Assembly: GCF_963921235.1 (NCBI RefSeq)
Contig: NC_086100.1
Location: forward strand, 61,504,001-61,568,000
Length of the DNA: 64,000 nt
Source of the DNA: Mobula hypostoma
Taxonomy: Eukaryota
Reading direction: 5' to 3'
Below are positions 25,231-37,950 of this stretch, piece by piece. Below the pieces are notes generated by a model. It was not told where the DNA came from. It did not search any database and worked only from the letters and a program-made list of their open reading frames with translations. Each line of letters begins with the position of its first letter. The stretch's first letter is position 1. The position numbers and the translations under genes were made by a program.

Positions 25231-25554
25231 AAGACAATGTTCAAAAGTCATCAGTAGTTGTCTCAGATATTGGATTACATGGGAAATTACCATAGTGATA
25301 GGCCTTGGGGGGAAAAAACATGCTATCTGGCAATGTTTCTCAGATCATGGTAAGTGGCTGTGGTGTCAGAGGTGTGGGACTATGTGGTGCTCACAGGCCC
25401 AACTCGGCCAGTGCTGTGGTCAGGGTGAAGGGGATGTGGCATTAAAGACTGGTAGTTTGGATGTTGGTGAAGACAGGGATGGAGGGCAGATTGTTTCCAT
25501 GTCATGGGCACACCGTTGCTGGTTGCAAACCAGCCATTCACAATCTGCAGTAAT

Positions 25555-26340
25555 GTTTTGACTGAGAAGATCAAATATTGTATTTCTAAGTGTGTCGCTG
25601 ACACTAAACTAGGCTGGATTGCCAGTATGGCAGAGAGTGTAAAGAGGCGTAGGCAGAATAGGTGCAATCTGAGTGAGCAGGAGAGAACATAGCGAATGGA
25701 ATATAACATGGAAGGTTCCATTATAGTAGACATGGCAGACAAGCAGAGTATTTGTTAAATGCCGAGAAATTGATCGGAGAAGATGTTCAAAGAGATCTTG
25801 GTATGCTTGCACACAGGTCACTGAAGGTGTAACAAGTGATTTGAATCAAAAGTAATATGCTAACTTTTGTAACAAGAGGACTTTGATTGCAGGAAAAGGT
25901 CTTACTACAACTGTGTGGGCCCTTGGTGAAGCAACACCTGCAATACTGTGTACAGTTTGGTCTCTTTAACGGAGAAGGGATATACTTGTCCCCTAGGTAG
26001 AATGCAGCAAAGATTCAGCCATCTGATTCCAGGGATAGTGGGTTGGCTAAATGAGGGAGGATTGAGTAGAATCCTTAAAGAGGGAAAAGAGAATAAGAAT
26101 ATTCTATCTCGAAGAAGAATAAGAGATCTTACAGAAAAGTACAAAAATGTTAAAAGACCTGATGTGATGATATGATGTTTCCTCTAAGGAGGTTATTGCA
26201 AAGAAGCAGAATAAAATTTATGCTTCTTAGGAAAGAGATGAGGAAAGATTTTTTTACTCAGACATTGGAGAAACTTTGGAATTCTTTCCTGCAAAGGCTG
26301 TGTGGGCACAGTCAGTGACATCATTCAATAGGTTTCCTGA
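25555..26340 (+). mobile_element. Degraded CR1 RT C-terminal fragment
   Basis: Remnants of ISK.ADTKLG, HLQYCVQF, QQRFSHLIPG and FFTQ..LWNS. Confidence 0.6.
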
Positions 26341-26977
26341 TAGCGAGGGGGACTTTCTGGTTTAAGGTGGTGCTTCTGAAGTTGAGCGAAGCTTAATTGT
26401 GGTTAATAATGCAAGAACTATGACTAAATACTTTATTAATAACACTTTTTCTGTGGTAAACTATCACTGTAAACAATGAAGAGGAGAGCAAAGGCAAGGC
26501 TGACTCGAGGTTTGAGTTGTATGGGCACAATGCCAAGTTAGAGCGTGGCATGTCCAAGACAGAGTCAGAGTTCGAGATGGAGTTAGAGCAAGCGAGTCAT
26601 AGAGGAGTTGGTGCGGTGGAGGTTTAGACCCTGCCACCTAAACCGGGTGCAAAGTTCAATTGATCAAAGCGCTGAGCTGATCTGGAAAGATCGACGTGGC
26701 CAGCAGGGTACAGGCCCAGAGCACGTCTTTGTGGCAAGCCCCAGGTCCTAGTGGGGGAGATGACCCAGTGTCCGGACAATTTAAACATTGGCCCAGACAG
26801 ATTGAGGCGGGCGTTGGGTTGATTCCGCTCACTCTTCCATGACATTCACTCCTCTTTCTGGGGCAATGAGGCTGTGAGACTGCTGTGATTGCTCTGCACT
26901 TTGAGGCAATTTGCCCCACTGTGCGATGAACTGAGACTGAAGCTGAGGGCCGACTCCAGCTGCTCCAGGCTCCGGGT

Positions 26978-29356
26978 CTAGTTCCAAGGGTTCAGATGGG
27001 GCAGAGTTTGTTAAGTGTATCCAGGATGGATTCCTGTCACAGTATGTTGACAGGCTGACTGGGGGGAATGCCATACTAGATCTAGTACTAGGTAATGAAC
27101 CGGGTCAGGTCACAGATCTCTCAGTGGGTGAGCATCTGGGGGACAGTGACCACCGCTCCCTGGCCTTTAGCATTATCATGGAAAAGGATAGAATCAGAGA
27201 GGACAGGAAAATTTTTAATTGGGGAAGGGCAAATTATGAGGCGATAAGGCTAGAACTTGCGGGTGTCAATTGGGATGATGTTTTTGCAGGGAAATGTACT
27301 ATGGACATGTGGTCGATGTTTAGGGATCTCTTGCAGGATGTTAGGGATAAATTTGTCCCGGTGAGGAAGATAAAGAATGGTAGGGTGAAGGAACCATGGA
27401 TGACAAGTGAGGTGGAAAATCTAGTCAGGTGGAAGAAGGCAGCATACATGAGGTTTAGGAAGCAAGGATCAGATGGGTCTATTGAGGAATATAGGGCAGC
27501 AAGAAAAGAGCTTAAGAAGGGGCTGAGAAGAGCAAGAAGGGGGCATGAGAAGGCCTTGGCGAGTAGGGTAAGGGAAAACACCAAGGCATTCTTCAATTGT
27601 GTGAAGAACAAAAGGATGACAGGAGTGAAGGTAGGACTGATTAGAGATAAAGGTGGGAAGATGTGCCTGGAGGCTGTGGAAGTGAGCGAGTTCCTCAAGG
27701 AATACTTCTCTTCAGTATTCACCAATGAGAGGGAACTTGATGATGGTGAGGACAATATGAGTGAGGTTGATGTTCTGGAGCATGTTGATATTAAGGGAGA
27801 GGAGGTGTTGGAGTTGTTAAAATACATTAGGATGGGTAAGTCCCCGGGGCCTGATGGAATATTCCCCAGGCTGCTCCACGAGGCAAGGGAAAAGTTTGCT
27901 GAGCCTCTTGCTGGGATCTTTATGTCCTTGTTGTCCACGGGAATTGGAGGGAGGCAAATGTTGTCCCCTTCTTCAAAAAATGTAATAGGGATAGTCCTGG
28001 TAATTATAGACCAGTGAGCTTTGTGTCTGTGGTGGGAAAGCTGTTGGAAAAGATTCTTAGAGATAGGGTCTATGGGCATTTAGAGAATCACAGTCAGCGT
28101 GGCTTTGTGAAGGGCAGATCATGTCTAACAAGTCTGATAGAGTTCTTTGAGGAGGTGACCAGGCAGATAGATGAGGGTAGTGCAGTGCATGTGATCTACA
28201 TGGATTTTAGTAAGGCATTTGACAAGGTTCCACAAGGTAGCCTGATTCAGAAAGTCAGAAGGCATGGGATCCAGGGAAGTTTGGCCAGGTGGATTCAGAA
28301 TTGGCTTGCCTGCAGAAGGCAGAGGGTCATGGTGGAGGAAGTACATTCGGATTGGAGAGTTGTGACTAGTGGTGGCCCACAAGGATTGGTTCTGGGACCT
28401 CTACTTTTCATGATTTTTATTAACAACCTGGATGTGGGGGTAGAAGGATGGATTGGCAAGTTTGCAGATGACACGAAGGTTGGTGGTGTTTTGGATAGTG
28501 TAGAGGATTGTCGAAGATTGAAGAGACACATTGATAGGATGCAGAAGTGGGCCGAGAAGTGGCAGATGGAGTTCAACCCGGACAAGTGTGAGGTGGTACA
28601 CTTTGGAAGGACAAACTCCAAGGCAGAGTACAAAGTAAATGGCAGGTTACTTGGTAGTGTGGAGGAATAGAGGGCTCTGGGGGTACATGTCCACAGATCC
28701 CTGAAAGTTGCCTCACAGGTAGACAGGGTAGTTAAGAAAGCTTATGCGGTGTTAGCTTTCATAGGTCGAGGGATAGAGTTTAAGAGTCGCGAGGTAATGA
28801 TGCAGCTCTATAAAACTCTGGTTAGGCCATACTTGGAGTACTGTGTCCAGATCTGGTCGCCTCATTATAGGAAGGATGTGGAAGCATTGGAAAGGGTACT
28901 GAGGAGATTTACCAGGATGTTGCCTGGTTTAGAGTGTATGGATTATGATCAGAGATTAAGGGAGCTACGGATTTACTCTTTGGAGAGAAGGAGGATGAGA
29001 GGAGACATGATAGAGGTGTACAAGATATTAAGAGGAATAGATAGAGTGGATAGCCAGTGCCTCTTCCCCAGGGCACCACCTGCTCAATACAAGAGGACAT
29101 GGCTTTAAGGTAAGGGGTGGGAAGTTCAAGGGGGATATTACAGGAAGGTTTTTTACTCAGAGAGTGGTTGGTGCGTGGAATGCACTGCCTGAGTCAGTGG
29201 TGGAGGCAGATACACTAGTGAAATTTAAAAGACTACTAGACAGGTACATGGAGGAATTTAAGGTGGGGGGGGTTATATGGGAGGCAGGGTTTGAGAGTCG
29301 GCCCAACATTGTGGGCTGAAGGGCCTGTACTGTGCTGTACTATTCTATGTTCTATG
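26978..29356 (+). mobile_element. 5'-truncated CR1 LINE (young subfamily), ORF2 disrupted
   Basis: ORFs 27124-28017, 28014-28670 (DFSKAFD, PQG, KFADD) and 28749-29108. (TTCTATG)n tail. Confidence 0.95.
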
Positions 29357-30139
29357 GACTCAGTTTGGTTTGGAATGCTGTTGCTTGCTTTAATTGTTTG
29401 CATGATTTATGTTTTCTCTGTCTCTCTGTTGGGTGTTAGCCTTTTTAATTGGTTCTTTCATGTTTCTTGCTTTGTGGCTGCCAGTAAGCAGATGAATCTC
29501 AAGCTTATATAATTTATACATACTGTGATAATAAATGTACTTTGAATCAATGGTGATAATGTTGAAAATGGCTCTAAGGAAGAAATTAGTTCTAATGTTG
29601 ATGAGATTGGAACATAATCAAAAGGCAAACAGCCTCCTCCTCCTCCTGTTCCTTACAGTATCATCTAACATACTGGGGCTGTCAAGACAGTCACATATCG
29701 AAACCTGTGTCTCACATGCAAACATAACTGTGATACAAACTATGTTATCTATTCACAACTATTGTTTTACTTATAAGAAAATTGCATGATCAAAGAATGA
29801 ATTCAATTAGAAATTCCATGATAAATGTGTATGTTCCAGTTATAACTTCAATATTAATGTGCACGGTTTGTCTCTTCTGATGACATTTGAGAAGTGCTTT
29901 CGTGGAACTACTTTAGTGCGTTCTGAAATATTTCCTTGATAGATGTCATCTTGTATTTCCCCAAAAAACTGTACTGGGTGTTCAAAACAACTTCTTTCTT
30001 GTCGCATTCTCTAATAATAAAGATTTTTTTGGACAGTGACGCAAGTTTTACTGGTAGGTGGACTTATAAAAGGTCTTTTTTGATGTAATGTTTCACTTGT
30101 AAACTAAAGCAAGACATTTTCAAGCTGGCATTCATCAAG

Positions 30140-30700
30140 AGACTCTTTGGATGCTGAAAATCCTGAGCAACACACACAAAATGCTGAAGGAACTCAACAA
30201 GTCAGGGAGCAATTATGAAGAGGGATAAATAGTCAAAGTTTTAGGCTGAGCCCCTTAATCAGGACTGGAAAAGAAGGGAGCAGAAGCCAGAATAGGGAAG
30301 GGGGTGAGGAGAAGAAATACAAGCTGGCAAGTAATAGGCAAAGCCAGCTGAGGGGGAGGGGGTGAACTGAGAAGCTGGGAGGTGATAGGTGGAAAAGGTA
30401 AAGGGCTTAAAAAAAGAAAAAAATCTGAAAGGAGAGTTCAGTGGACTATGGGAGAAAGGGAAGGAGGAGGGACACCAGAGTGAGGTGATAGGCAGGTGAG
30501 GTGAAGAAAGGGGGTGAAAGGGTAACCAGAATAAGGAATGGAAAAAGAAAGATGAGGTGAGGGGTGGGATTGATTTCATGCCACGGGACAAAATGTAAGG
30601 TTTTGGTTCTCCAACCTGACTTTGGCCTCTTCATGGCTGTAGAGGAGGACATAGACAGACATGTCAGAATGGGAACGAGAAGTCAAGTCGAAATGGGTGG
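30140..30700 (-). mobile_element. PLE 3' fragment
   Basis: pLTR end, decayed hammerhead (rc GTCCTGATTAAGGGGCTCAGCCTAAAAC) and rc of the endonuclease segment THFD..SHSDMS..LEN. Confidence 0.65.
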
Positions 30701-31163
30701 CTAATCCTCTATAGTTATATCAGAAATGTTAAGTTAAACGGAGTTCAAAGAGTGCAGCCTGGCACATACACCTTCATATTAATTACTACTTAGAGAATCA
30801 GCAGATACTGGAAGCGAGTAACCTACTTCAACACCGGGCAGTTCTAATGAGGTAACTTCGTCCAATTGTAAAGTTCACTGAAAACCGGTGTTGGAAATCA
30901 TGATTTTCTTTGTCAAGGTCCTGGATTTTCACCATCCTGGGGATAATAAGCGAGGATAAGTGGGGGGGGGGGTACTTGCAGCTTTGCGCAACTCGTCCCC
31001 AGTAGCCATATATGCTAGGAAATATGCTTCTACGACCTTTGGAATTCAGCGCACGCTTAAACGTGGCTATGGAAATGAAAGAGAGAAAGATGGATTTGAT
31101 CAAAATGATGAAGGTTCAACACCTTTACCATAAGAACAGCAGTGTGAAAGGAGTTTGTTGCGT

Positions 31164-31603
31164 GGGGTTTCCGAAGGTTCGGCACTGTTGTTGTCTTTCT
31201 ACAGACGCTGGAGTCGGAATGGGCGGTGGAACCATTAGCCCGACGCCAGAGACTTCCAGCTTTCCATGAATAGAGTCCGTGTCCACGGAAGGCCGGGTCG
31301 CCCTGAGATTTTCCATCGGCTCAGACTGAAAGTGCCTTTGCGAATTTAGAGATGGTAGTTTTCGCCCTTTTGGGTTTTACTGAGTTGCAAATCCCCCGTT
31401 TCTCGGCGAATTTTGTTTACTGGCACAGAAACTGAACTTCAACAGCACGAGCTATGGCATCATTCGATTCAATTTCCTCCTTTTCCACGACTCGTTTATG
31501 ATATTTCCCGACCCCTGGCAAAAGATCCTCTTCTCTTATCTTCAGGAAACTCTGTAAAATAGTTTTGATCATTTCGTTACAAAGAGCATACGGGGAATTC
31601 CCC
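31164..31603. promoter_or_regulatory. Cluster of NF-kB-like sites in a CpG-rich, non-repetitive stretch
   Basis: Perfect palindrome GGGGAATTCCCC (31592-31603), GGGGTTTCC (31164-31172), GAGATTTTCC (31305-31314), rc GGGGATTTGC (31387-31396) and ISRE-like GAAACTGAAC (31428-31437). Confidence 0.45.
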
Positions 31604-32851
31604 CGTCCGAAATTGCTCGAGTTTTCAAATGCGAAGCCTGTTTCGAATCTACATTTGGGAATAACTGCACGAGTCAAAATCAGACGAGGCGAAACCGACA
31701 GTGTTACGGTATCAGATGGCAACTTCAGAATGTAGATTTCTCTTGATTTATTGGTGCTTCGGGGAAAGGCGCCGAAAAGGTTAAGAAGTTCCATGCACGT
31801 AAATGTGGATTCCTATGTATTTTACGAAACCATTTAAAGTGAATTGTGTGCTTCACTTTAAGATCAGCGTGCCATATATTTAGGCATACCGCTCAATTCA
31901 TGGATAATTAAGTTGCTACCAAATTAAACAATGCGACTCCCAGATCCTTCCCAGCGTTATCGGCGAGATCTCCATTCATCCTTTAGGGCGAGAAAGGTTG
32001 AGCACCACGTCCCCACAACTGGCCCACCTGTTGGTGCCCGCGCACGTAGACTGGAACCAGAAAAGCCGGCAACCGCAAAGGCTGAGTTTGCCAGCATGGA
32101 AAGGCTCAGAAATGTACGCCGGCGTCACCCCTCCATATGGTCCCTAAGTCCAATGGAGGTTGCCGCACATGTGGCAATTACCGATGCCTTAATGAGGCCA
32201 TCATCCCCAATCTTTACCCCGTCCCGCACATCCAAGAAGTTTTGGCATGTTTAGCCGGAAAGTGTTTTTTATTACCAAAGTCAATGTAGTTAGGGTCTAC
32301 CATGAGGTGTCTGTGTGCTCGGAAGACATTGCCAAATCGGCTGTGTTAACCCCATTTGGCATTTTTGAGTTTTTGTACATGCTGCTTGAGCTAAACAATG
32401 CAGCACAGACTTTCCAATGGCTGATGGACTTGGTATTAAAAGACTTAGATTTTCGTTTTGTTTACGTGGATAACATATTTATCGCCAGCGCATCCAAACC
32501 CAAACGCGTATTCATCTCTGCGCACTCTTCAAGCACTGAAACCAACAGCGATTGATTATTCACCCTGCTAAATGCCAGTTTGGGTTGTCAAGATCCGAAA
32601 TCCACCCCCCCCCCCCGCCCGCCATCAAAAGCAGCCGCTGTTATGGATTTCTCACCACCCTGTACTACTAAAAAACTACAGGAGTTTTTAGTGACCTTCT
32701 ATCACCACTTCTTTCCATGAGCTGCTGAACCCATGCTCCCCCTGTATAGTGCGCTTAAAGGAAATACCCCTTATCAAGTGCTTGACCAGTCAGCGGACAT
32801 GACCAGGGCATTTGATGTTACCAAATCAGCTCTTTCCAATGTGACCCTCCT

Positions 32852-34322
32852 AGTGCACTCACTCCCCGATGCACCCACTCCTGGTGCTCTCACTCCCCGA
32901 TGCACCCACTCCTGGTGCTCTCACTCCCCGATGCACCCACTCCTGGTGCTCTCACTCCCCGATGCACCCACTCCTGGTGCACTCACTCCCCGATGCACTC
33001 AGTCCTGGTGCACTCACTCCCCGATGCACCCAGTCCTGGTGCACCCACTCCCCGATGCACCCACTCCTGGTGCACTCACTCCCCGATGCACCCAGTCCTG
33101 GTGCACCCACTCCCCGATGCACCCAGTCCTGGTGCACTCACTCCCCGATGCACCCACTCCTGGCGCACTCACTCCCCGATGCACCCAGTCCTGGTGCTCT
33201 CACTCCCCGATGCACCCAGTCCTGGTGCACTCACTCCCCGATGCACCCACTCCTGGTGCACTCACTCCCCGATGCACCCACTCCTGGTGCTCTCACTCCT
33301 GGTGCACTCACTCCCTGATGCACCCAGTCCTGGTGCACCCACTGCCCGATGCACCCACTCCTGGTGCACTCACTCCCCGATGCACCCAGTCCTGGTGCAC
33401 CCACTCCCCGATGCACCCAGTCCTGGTGCACTCACTCCCCGATGCACCCACTCCTGGTGCACTCACTCCCCAATGCACCCAGTCCTGGTGCTCTCACTCC
33501 CCGATGCACCCAGTCCTGGTGCACTCACTCCCCGATGCACCCACTCCTGGTGCACTCACTCCCCGATGCACCCACTCCTGGTGCTCTCACTCCTGGTGCA
33601 CTCACTCCCTGATGCACCCAGTCCTGGTGCACCCACTGCCCGATGCACCCAGTCCTGGTGCACCCACTCCCCGATGCACCCAGTCCTGGTGCACTCACTC
33701 CCCGATGCACCCAGTCCTGGTGCACCCACTCCCCGATGCACCCACTCCTGGTGCACCCACTCCCCGATGCACCCAGTCCTGGTGCACCCACTCCCCGATG
33801 CACCCAGTCCTGGTGCACCCACTCCCCGATGCACCCAGTCCTGGTGCACCCACTCCCCGATGCACCCACTCCTGGTGCACCCACTCCCCGATGCACCCAG
33901 TCCTGGTGCACCCACTCCCCGATGCACCCAGTCCTGGTGCACCCACTCCCAGATGCACCCAGTCCTGGTGCACCCACTCCCCGATGCACCCAGTCCTGGT
34001 GCACCCACTCCCCGATGCACCCACTCCTGGTGCACCCACTCCCCGATGCACCCAGTCCTGGTGCACCCACTCCGCACTGCACCCACTCCCGGGTGCACCC
34101 ACTCCCGGGTGCACTCAGTCCCCGATGCACCCACTCCTGGTGCTCTCACTCCCCGATGCACTCACTCCTGGTGCACTCACTCCCTGATGCACCCACTCCT
34201 GGTGCACTCACTTCCTGATGCACCCAGTCCTGGTGCACTCACTCCCTGATGCACCCACTCCTGGTGCACCCACTCCCCGCTGCACCCACTCCCGGGTGCA
34301 CTCAGTCCCCGCTGCACCCACT
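32852..34322. repeat. 31-bp minisatellite (~47 units) inside Gypsy pol
   Basis: Unit GTGCACYCACTCCCCGATGCACCCASTCCTG, itself a 16+15 bp dimer. A diagnostic variant block recurs at 33281 and 33575 (294-bp higher-order period). Confidence 0.97.
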
Positions 34323-34772
34323 GCCCTTACCACGGATGCTTCAGACTATGCAGTGGGTGCTGTGCACGAGCAGCTGGTCAGAGGCGAATGGCGGCTGCTT
34401 GCCTTCTTCAGCCGGCAGCTCCGTCTCCCCAGAAGTTTAACCGTGAGCTTTTCGGTCTCTATCTGGTTGCCGCCATTTTCGTTTTCTTCTAGAATTTCAC
34501 AGCATTCGTTGACCACAAACCCCTCGTATACGTGATGGTCAAAATATCAGACCCCTGGTCTGCATGGTAGCAATGCCACCTGGCTTACATATCAGAGCCC
34601 ACAACTGACATCAAGGGGAAAAATAATGCCGTGGCTGATTGCCTCTCATTGCCAGCTGTTGAGGCCGTACACATAGGGGTTGACTATGCCCGCATGGCAG
34701 CCGACCAAGCTGCTGACCCAGAAGTCCAGACTTACTGAACAGCAGTCACAGGCTTGCAGATGGCTGATATTA

Positions 34773-35388
34773 CAAGGGGTAATTGATAAGTTCGTGGCCT
34801 AAAGGTAGAAGGAATCAATTTTAGAAAACCTAGCACATTTATTTTTCAACATAGTCCTCTCTTACATTTTACACACTTAGTTCAGCAGTCATGGAGCATA
34901 CGGATCTTGGACCTCCAGAAAGTGCCCACAGCAGGGCTGATTGATAAGTCAGAGGCCGAAGGTAGAAGGAGATGAATTATACAGCTCTCGTTACGAGCAC
35001 ACACAGTTCAGCTCTTTGAGTGATTATGCAGAAAGTTTGAATTTAATAACTCATCTCCTTCTACCTTAGGCCACGGACTTTTCAATCACTCCTGCTATGA
35101 TTAATTTCAAGTTATTAACTTCAAACTTTCTGCATAATCACTCAAAGAGCTGAACTGTGTGTGCTCGTAACGAGAGCTGTATAACTCATCTCCTTCTACC
35201 TTAGGCCTCTGACTTATCAATCAGCCCTGGCTGTGGGCACTTTCTGGAGGTCCAAGATCCGTATGCTCCATGACTGCTGAACTAAGTGTGTAAAATGTAA
35301 GAGAGGACTATGTTGAAAAATAAATGTGCTAGGTTTTCTAAAATTGATTCCTTCTACCTTAGGCCATCAACTTATCAATCACCCCTCA
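34773..35388. mobile_element. Foldback mariner-like MITE with ~280-bp inverted arms
   Basis: TA at 34771-34772 and 35389-35390. Termini CAAGGGGTAATTGATAAG / CTTATCAATCACCCCTCA. Removing it restores Gypsy ADIKFGEGGVSLLCDVST. Confidence 0.9.
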
Positions 35389-36603
35389 TAAGTTCGGGGA
35401 AGGTGGGGTTTCTCTCCTGTGCGATGTCTCAACCTGTCGTCCTTGTCCCATAGCGCCCATAAACTGGAAGTGGACTGTTTTAAACTCCATATATGTCCTC
35501 GCTCATCTGGGCCAGAAGGCTTCACAGAAACTGATTGCACTAAAGTTTGTTCGGCCACACCTCAGAAAGGATGTGCGTAATTGGAGTGCTGCCTGTGTGG
35601 GGTGCCAGTGGGCAAAAATTAACTGTTATGTTCAGGTCCCATAGGCACCTTTTGAAGTCCCTATGAGCAAAGGTCTGATCATGTCAATATGGACCTTACT
35701 GGTCCATTTCCCCCTTCTGTGGTTTCATGCTCCTCTTACCATGGTGGACTGCACCACCAGATGGCCCTCTAGTATCAACGATGGCCACAGACATGGCTCA
35801 CGTGTTCATCAACACCTGGGTTTCACGGTTTGGCACCCTATCTGAAATTTCCTCTGATCACGATCCCCAGTTCATATCAGTCCTCTGGGCTGTGATAGCC
35901 CAGAACCTTGGCATTAGGCTACATCATACCACAGCGTATCACCCACAGTCCAATGGCCTATGTGAGTGGTTTGACTGTTCCTTAAAGGCTGCTCTGAGGG
36001 CTTCCCTGACGGCTGAGTGTTGGCATGATCGTCTCCTGTGAGTCCTGCTGGGGCTCAGAACGGCTCTAAAAGAGGACCTGCAGTCCACCGCATCTGAGTT
36101 GTTATATGGGCACCGGGTGATTTTATTCCCAACGCCACGACCACCTAGTCGGCGTCTCAGTTGTGTTCTACCCTCCTCAGTAAATTCAATTCCTTTTCCC
36201 CAATTCCTACTTCCCATCATGGCATACAGCTTACTCGGGTTTCTGATGACCTGCATCCCACCTCGTTTGTTTTCATCCACCATGATGCACACCAACATCC
36301 CCTTACAAAGCCCCCGGTTCCATGTTTTGGATGGAGACAAAAGACTTTTCTCATAGTTAAGAAGGGGTAAACCTAAATGTGTTTTGATAGATCGCCCTAA
36401 CCTGGCCCACCAGCAGAGGGTTCTGCTATCTCAGACCTGCCGTCACGACATGACCGTGAGCATGTCAACACACCTCTGGACAAACCAAAGGCACCTTCTC
36501 TTCCTTCACCCATGGAACACAGGCCCCGAGCCGGGTGGCTTTTCCAAGCTCCGCACAGGCCCACAATGCCAGTTTTAGTGAATTCTGGGGGGTGGGGGGG
36601 GGG

Positions 36604-36823
36604 TGTCTGTATAGGGTAATGTAATTGGTGGAAACATATATAATTCACAACCTCTGCCGTTGAGTTGGGGGTTCACTTTAAGAGGCTGGTGTGACGTGAT
36701 GATGTAATTATGTAAAGGACTTTTACCACACTTTATGTTTAGTTTTTTGGAGCGCAATAAATGCGTTGTTACAGTTTTTCTTAAACATAAAATGTCCCAC
36801 ATCATTTTATCTGCGAAAACCTG
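36604..36823 (+). repeat. Putative 3' LTR of the Gypsy element
   Basis: Starts with TG immediately after the PPT, has AATAAA at about 36755 and ends ..CCTGCA. The right boundary is uncertain because there is no 5' LTR for comparison. Confidence 0.55.
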
Positions 36824-36859
36824 CAGCAGCAACACCTTCACCATGATTATTCTAAACAC

Positions 36860-37950
36860 ACTGCTCTAACTTACTCTGCTCCCTGTACGCTCATGACTGT
36901 ATGACCAAATTCTGCACAAATTCCATCTACAAGTTTGCAGATGATACCACTGTTATGGACCATTGCTCAAATAATTGGGAGTCAGAGAACAGGAAGGAGA
37001 TTGATAACCTAGCAAAGTAGTGTCCCGGAAATAACCTTTCCCTCCCTCAACGTCATCAAAACAAAAAAGGTTCCCATTGACTTTGGGGGAGGGGCTGGTG
37101 TGCATGTTTCTGTTTTCAGTAGAGGTGCTGAGATCAAGTGCGTTGAAATTTTCAAGTTCCTTGGAGTGAACGTCACCAATAGCTTCTCCTGGCCTAACAA
37201 TTTTAATACCATGGCCAGGAAAGCTCACCAGTGCTTCCACTTCCTCAGGAGCATAAAGATATTTGCCCTGTCCTTTTTCATCATTTTTATTAATTCGGCA
37301 TTGAAGGCATTGTGTGAAGATGCTTGGTATGGCAACTACTCTGCCCATGACTGCAAGGAACTGCGGAGAGTTGTGGACATCACTTAACACAGCATGGAAA
37401 ATAACCTCTTTACAAACTTCTCACGCCATGGTATAGTAGCCAACATAATCAAAAATCTCACCAACCCTGGACGTTCTCTCTTTTTCTCCTCCCATCAAAC
37501 AAAAAACATATCACCAGACTCAAGGATAGCTTCTACCCCAGTGTTGTAAGACTACTGAATAGCTCCTAGTATGATAAGACAGACCTGACAATCTACCTTG
37601 TTATGACCTTGTACCTTGCTGTCCACTGGTATTGTACTTTCTCTGTACTGTAACACCATTCTGCACTTTTATTGTTTTATCTTGTTCTCCTCAATGCACA
37701 CTGCAATGAGCAACACACACAAAATGCTGGAGGATCTCAGCAGGTCTGCCAGCATCTATGGAAAAAAGTACAGTCGACTTTTCGGGCCAAAATCCTTCGG
37801 CAGGACTTTCTTCCATAGATGCTGCCTGGCCTGCTGAGTTCCTCCAGCATTTTGCATGGGTTTCCAGCATCTGCAGATTTTTTTCTTGCTTGCACAGTGT
37901 AATGATTTGATCTGTGTGAATGGTATGTGAGACAAGTTCTTGACCATATC
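36860..37950 (+). mobile_element. Degraded Rex1/Babar-like LINE 3' part
   Basis: YKFADDTTV at about 36928, FKFLGV, AWYGN and DSFYP..RLLN. Confidence 0.7.
37710..37890. mobile_element. Short foldback PLE-derived element
   Basis: AAAATGCTGGAGGATCTCAGCAGG..CAGCATCTATGGAA is mirrored by TTCCATAGATGCTG..CCTGCTGAGTTCCTCCAGCATTTT. The centre holds a hammerhead-like rc GTCCTGCCGAAGGATTTGGCCCGAAAAGTCGAC. Confidence 0.7.

Larger units (their letters stand above)
31995..36823 (+). mobile_element. Gypsy LTR retrotransposon remnant (pol RT-RNaseH-IN, PPT, 3' LTR); 5' LTR and gag absent
   Basis: VEHHVPTTGPPV.ARARRL; KSAVLTPFGIFEF..NAAQTFQ..VYVDN; TDASDYAVGAV..LAFFSRQL; H..H..CVGC Zn finger; ISSDHDPQF; TTAYHPQSNGLCE; G-rich PPT at 36587-36603. 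Confidence 0.9.

Noticed and set aside
29943-30053. Possible + strand phase 1-1 exon (VILYFPKKLYWVFK..)
   Set aside because: Splice-like ends and an open frame exist, but there is no recognisable domain, so chance is likely.
29800-31800. A second IL12A paralogue or other cytokine under the kB cluster
   Set aside because: Manual translation of the - strand gave no p35 motifs, and the candidate splice phases led to stops.
32733-34249. Long 484/449-aa and antisense repetitive ORFs as real proteins
   Set aside because: They are a by-product of a nearly stop-free 31-bp unit inside a dead Gypsy pol.
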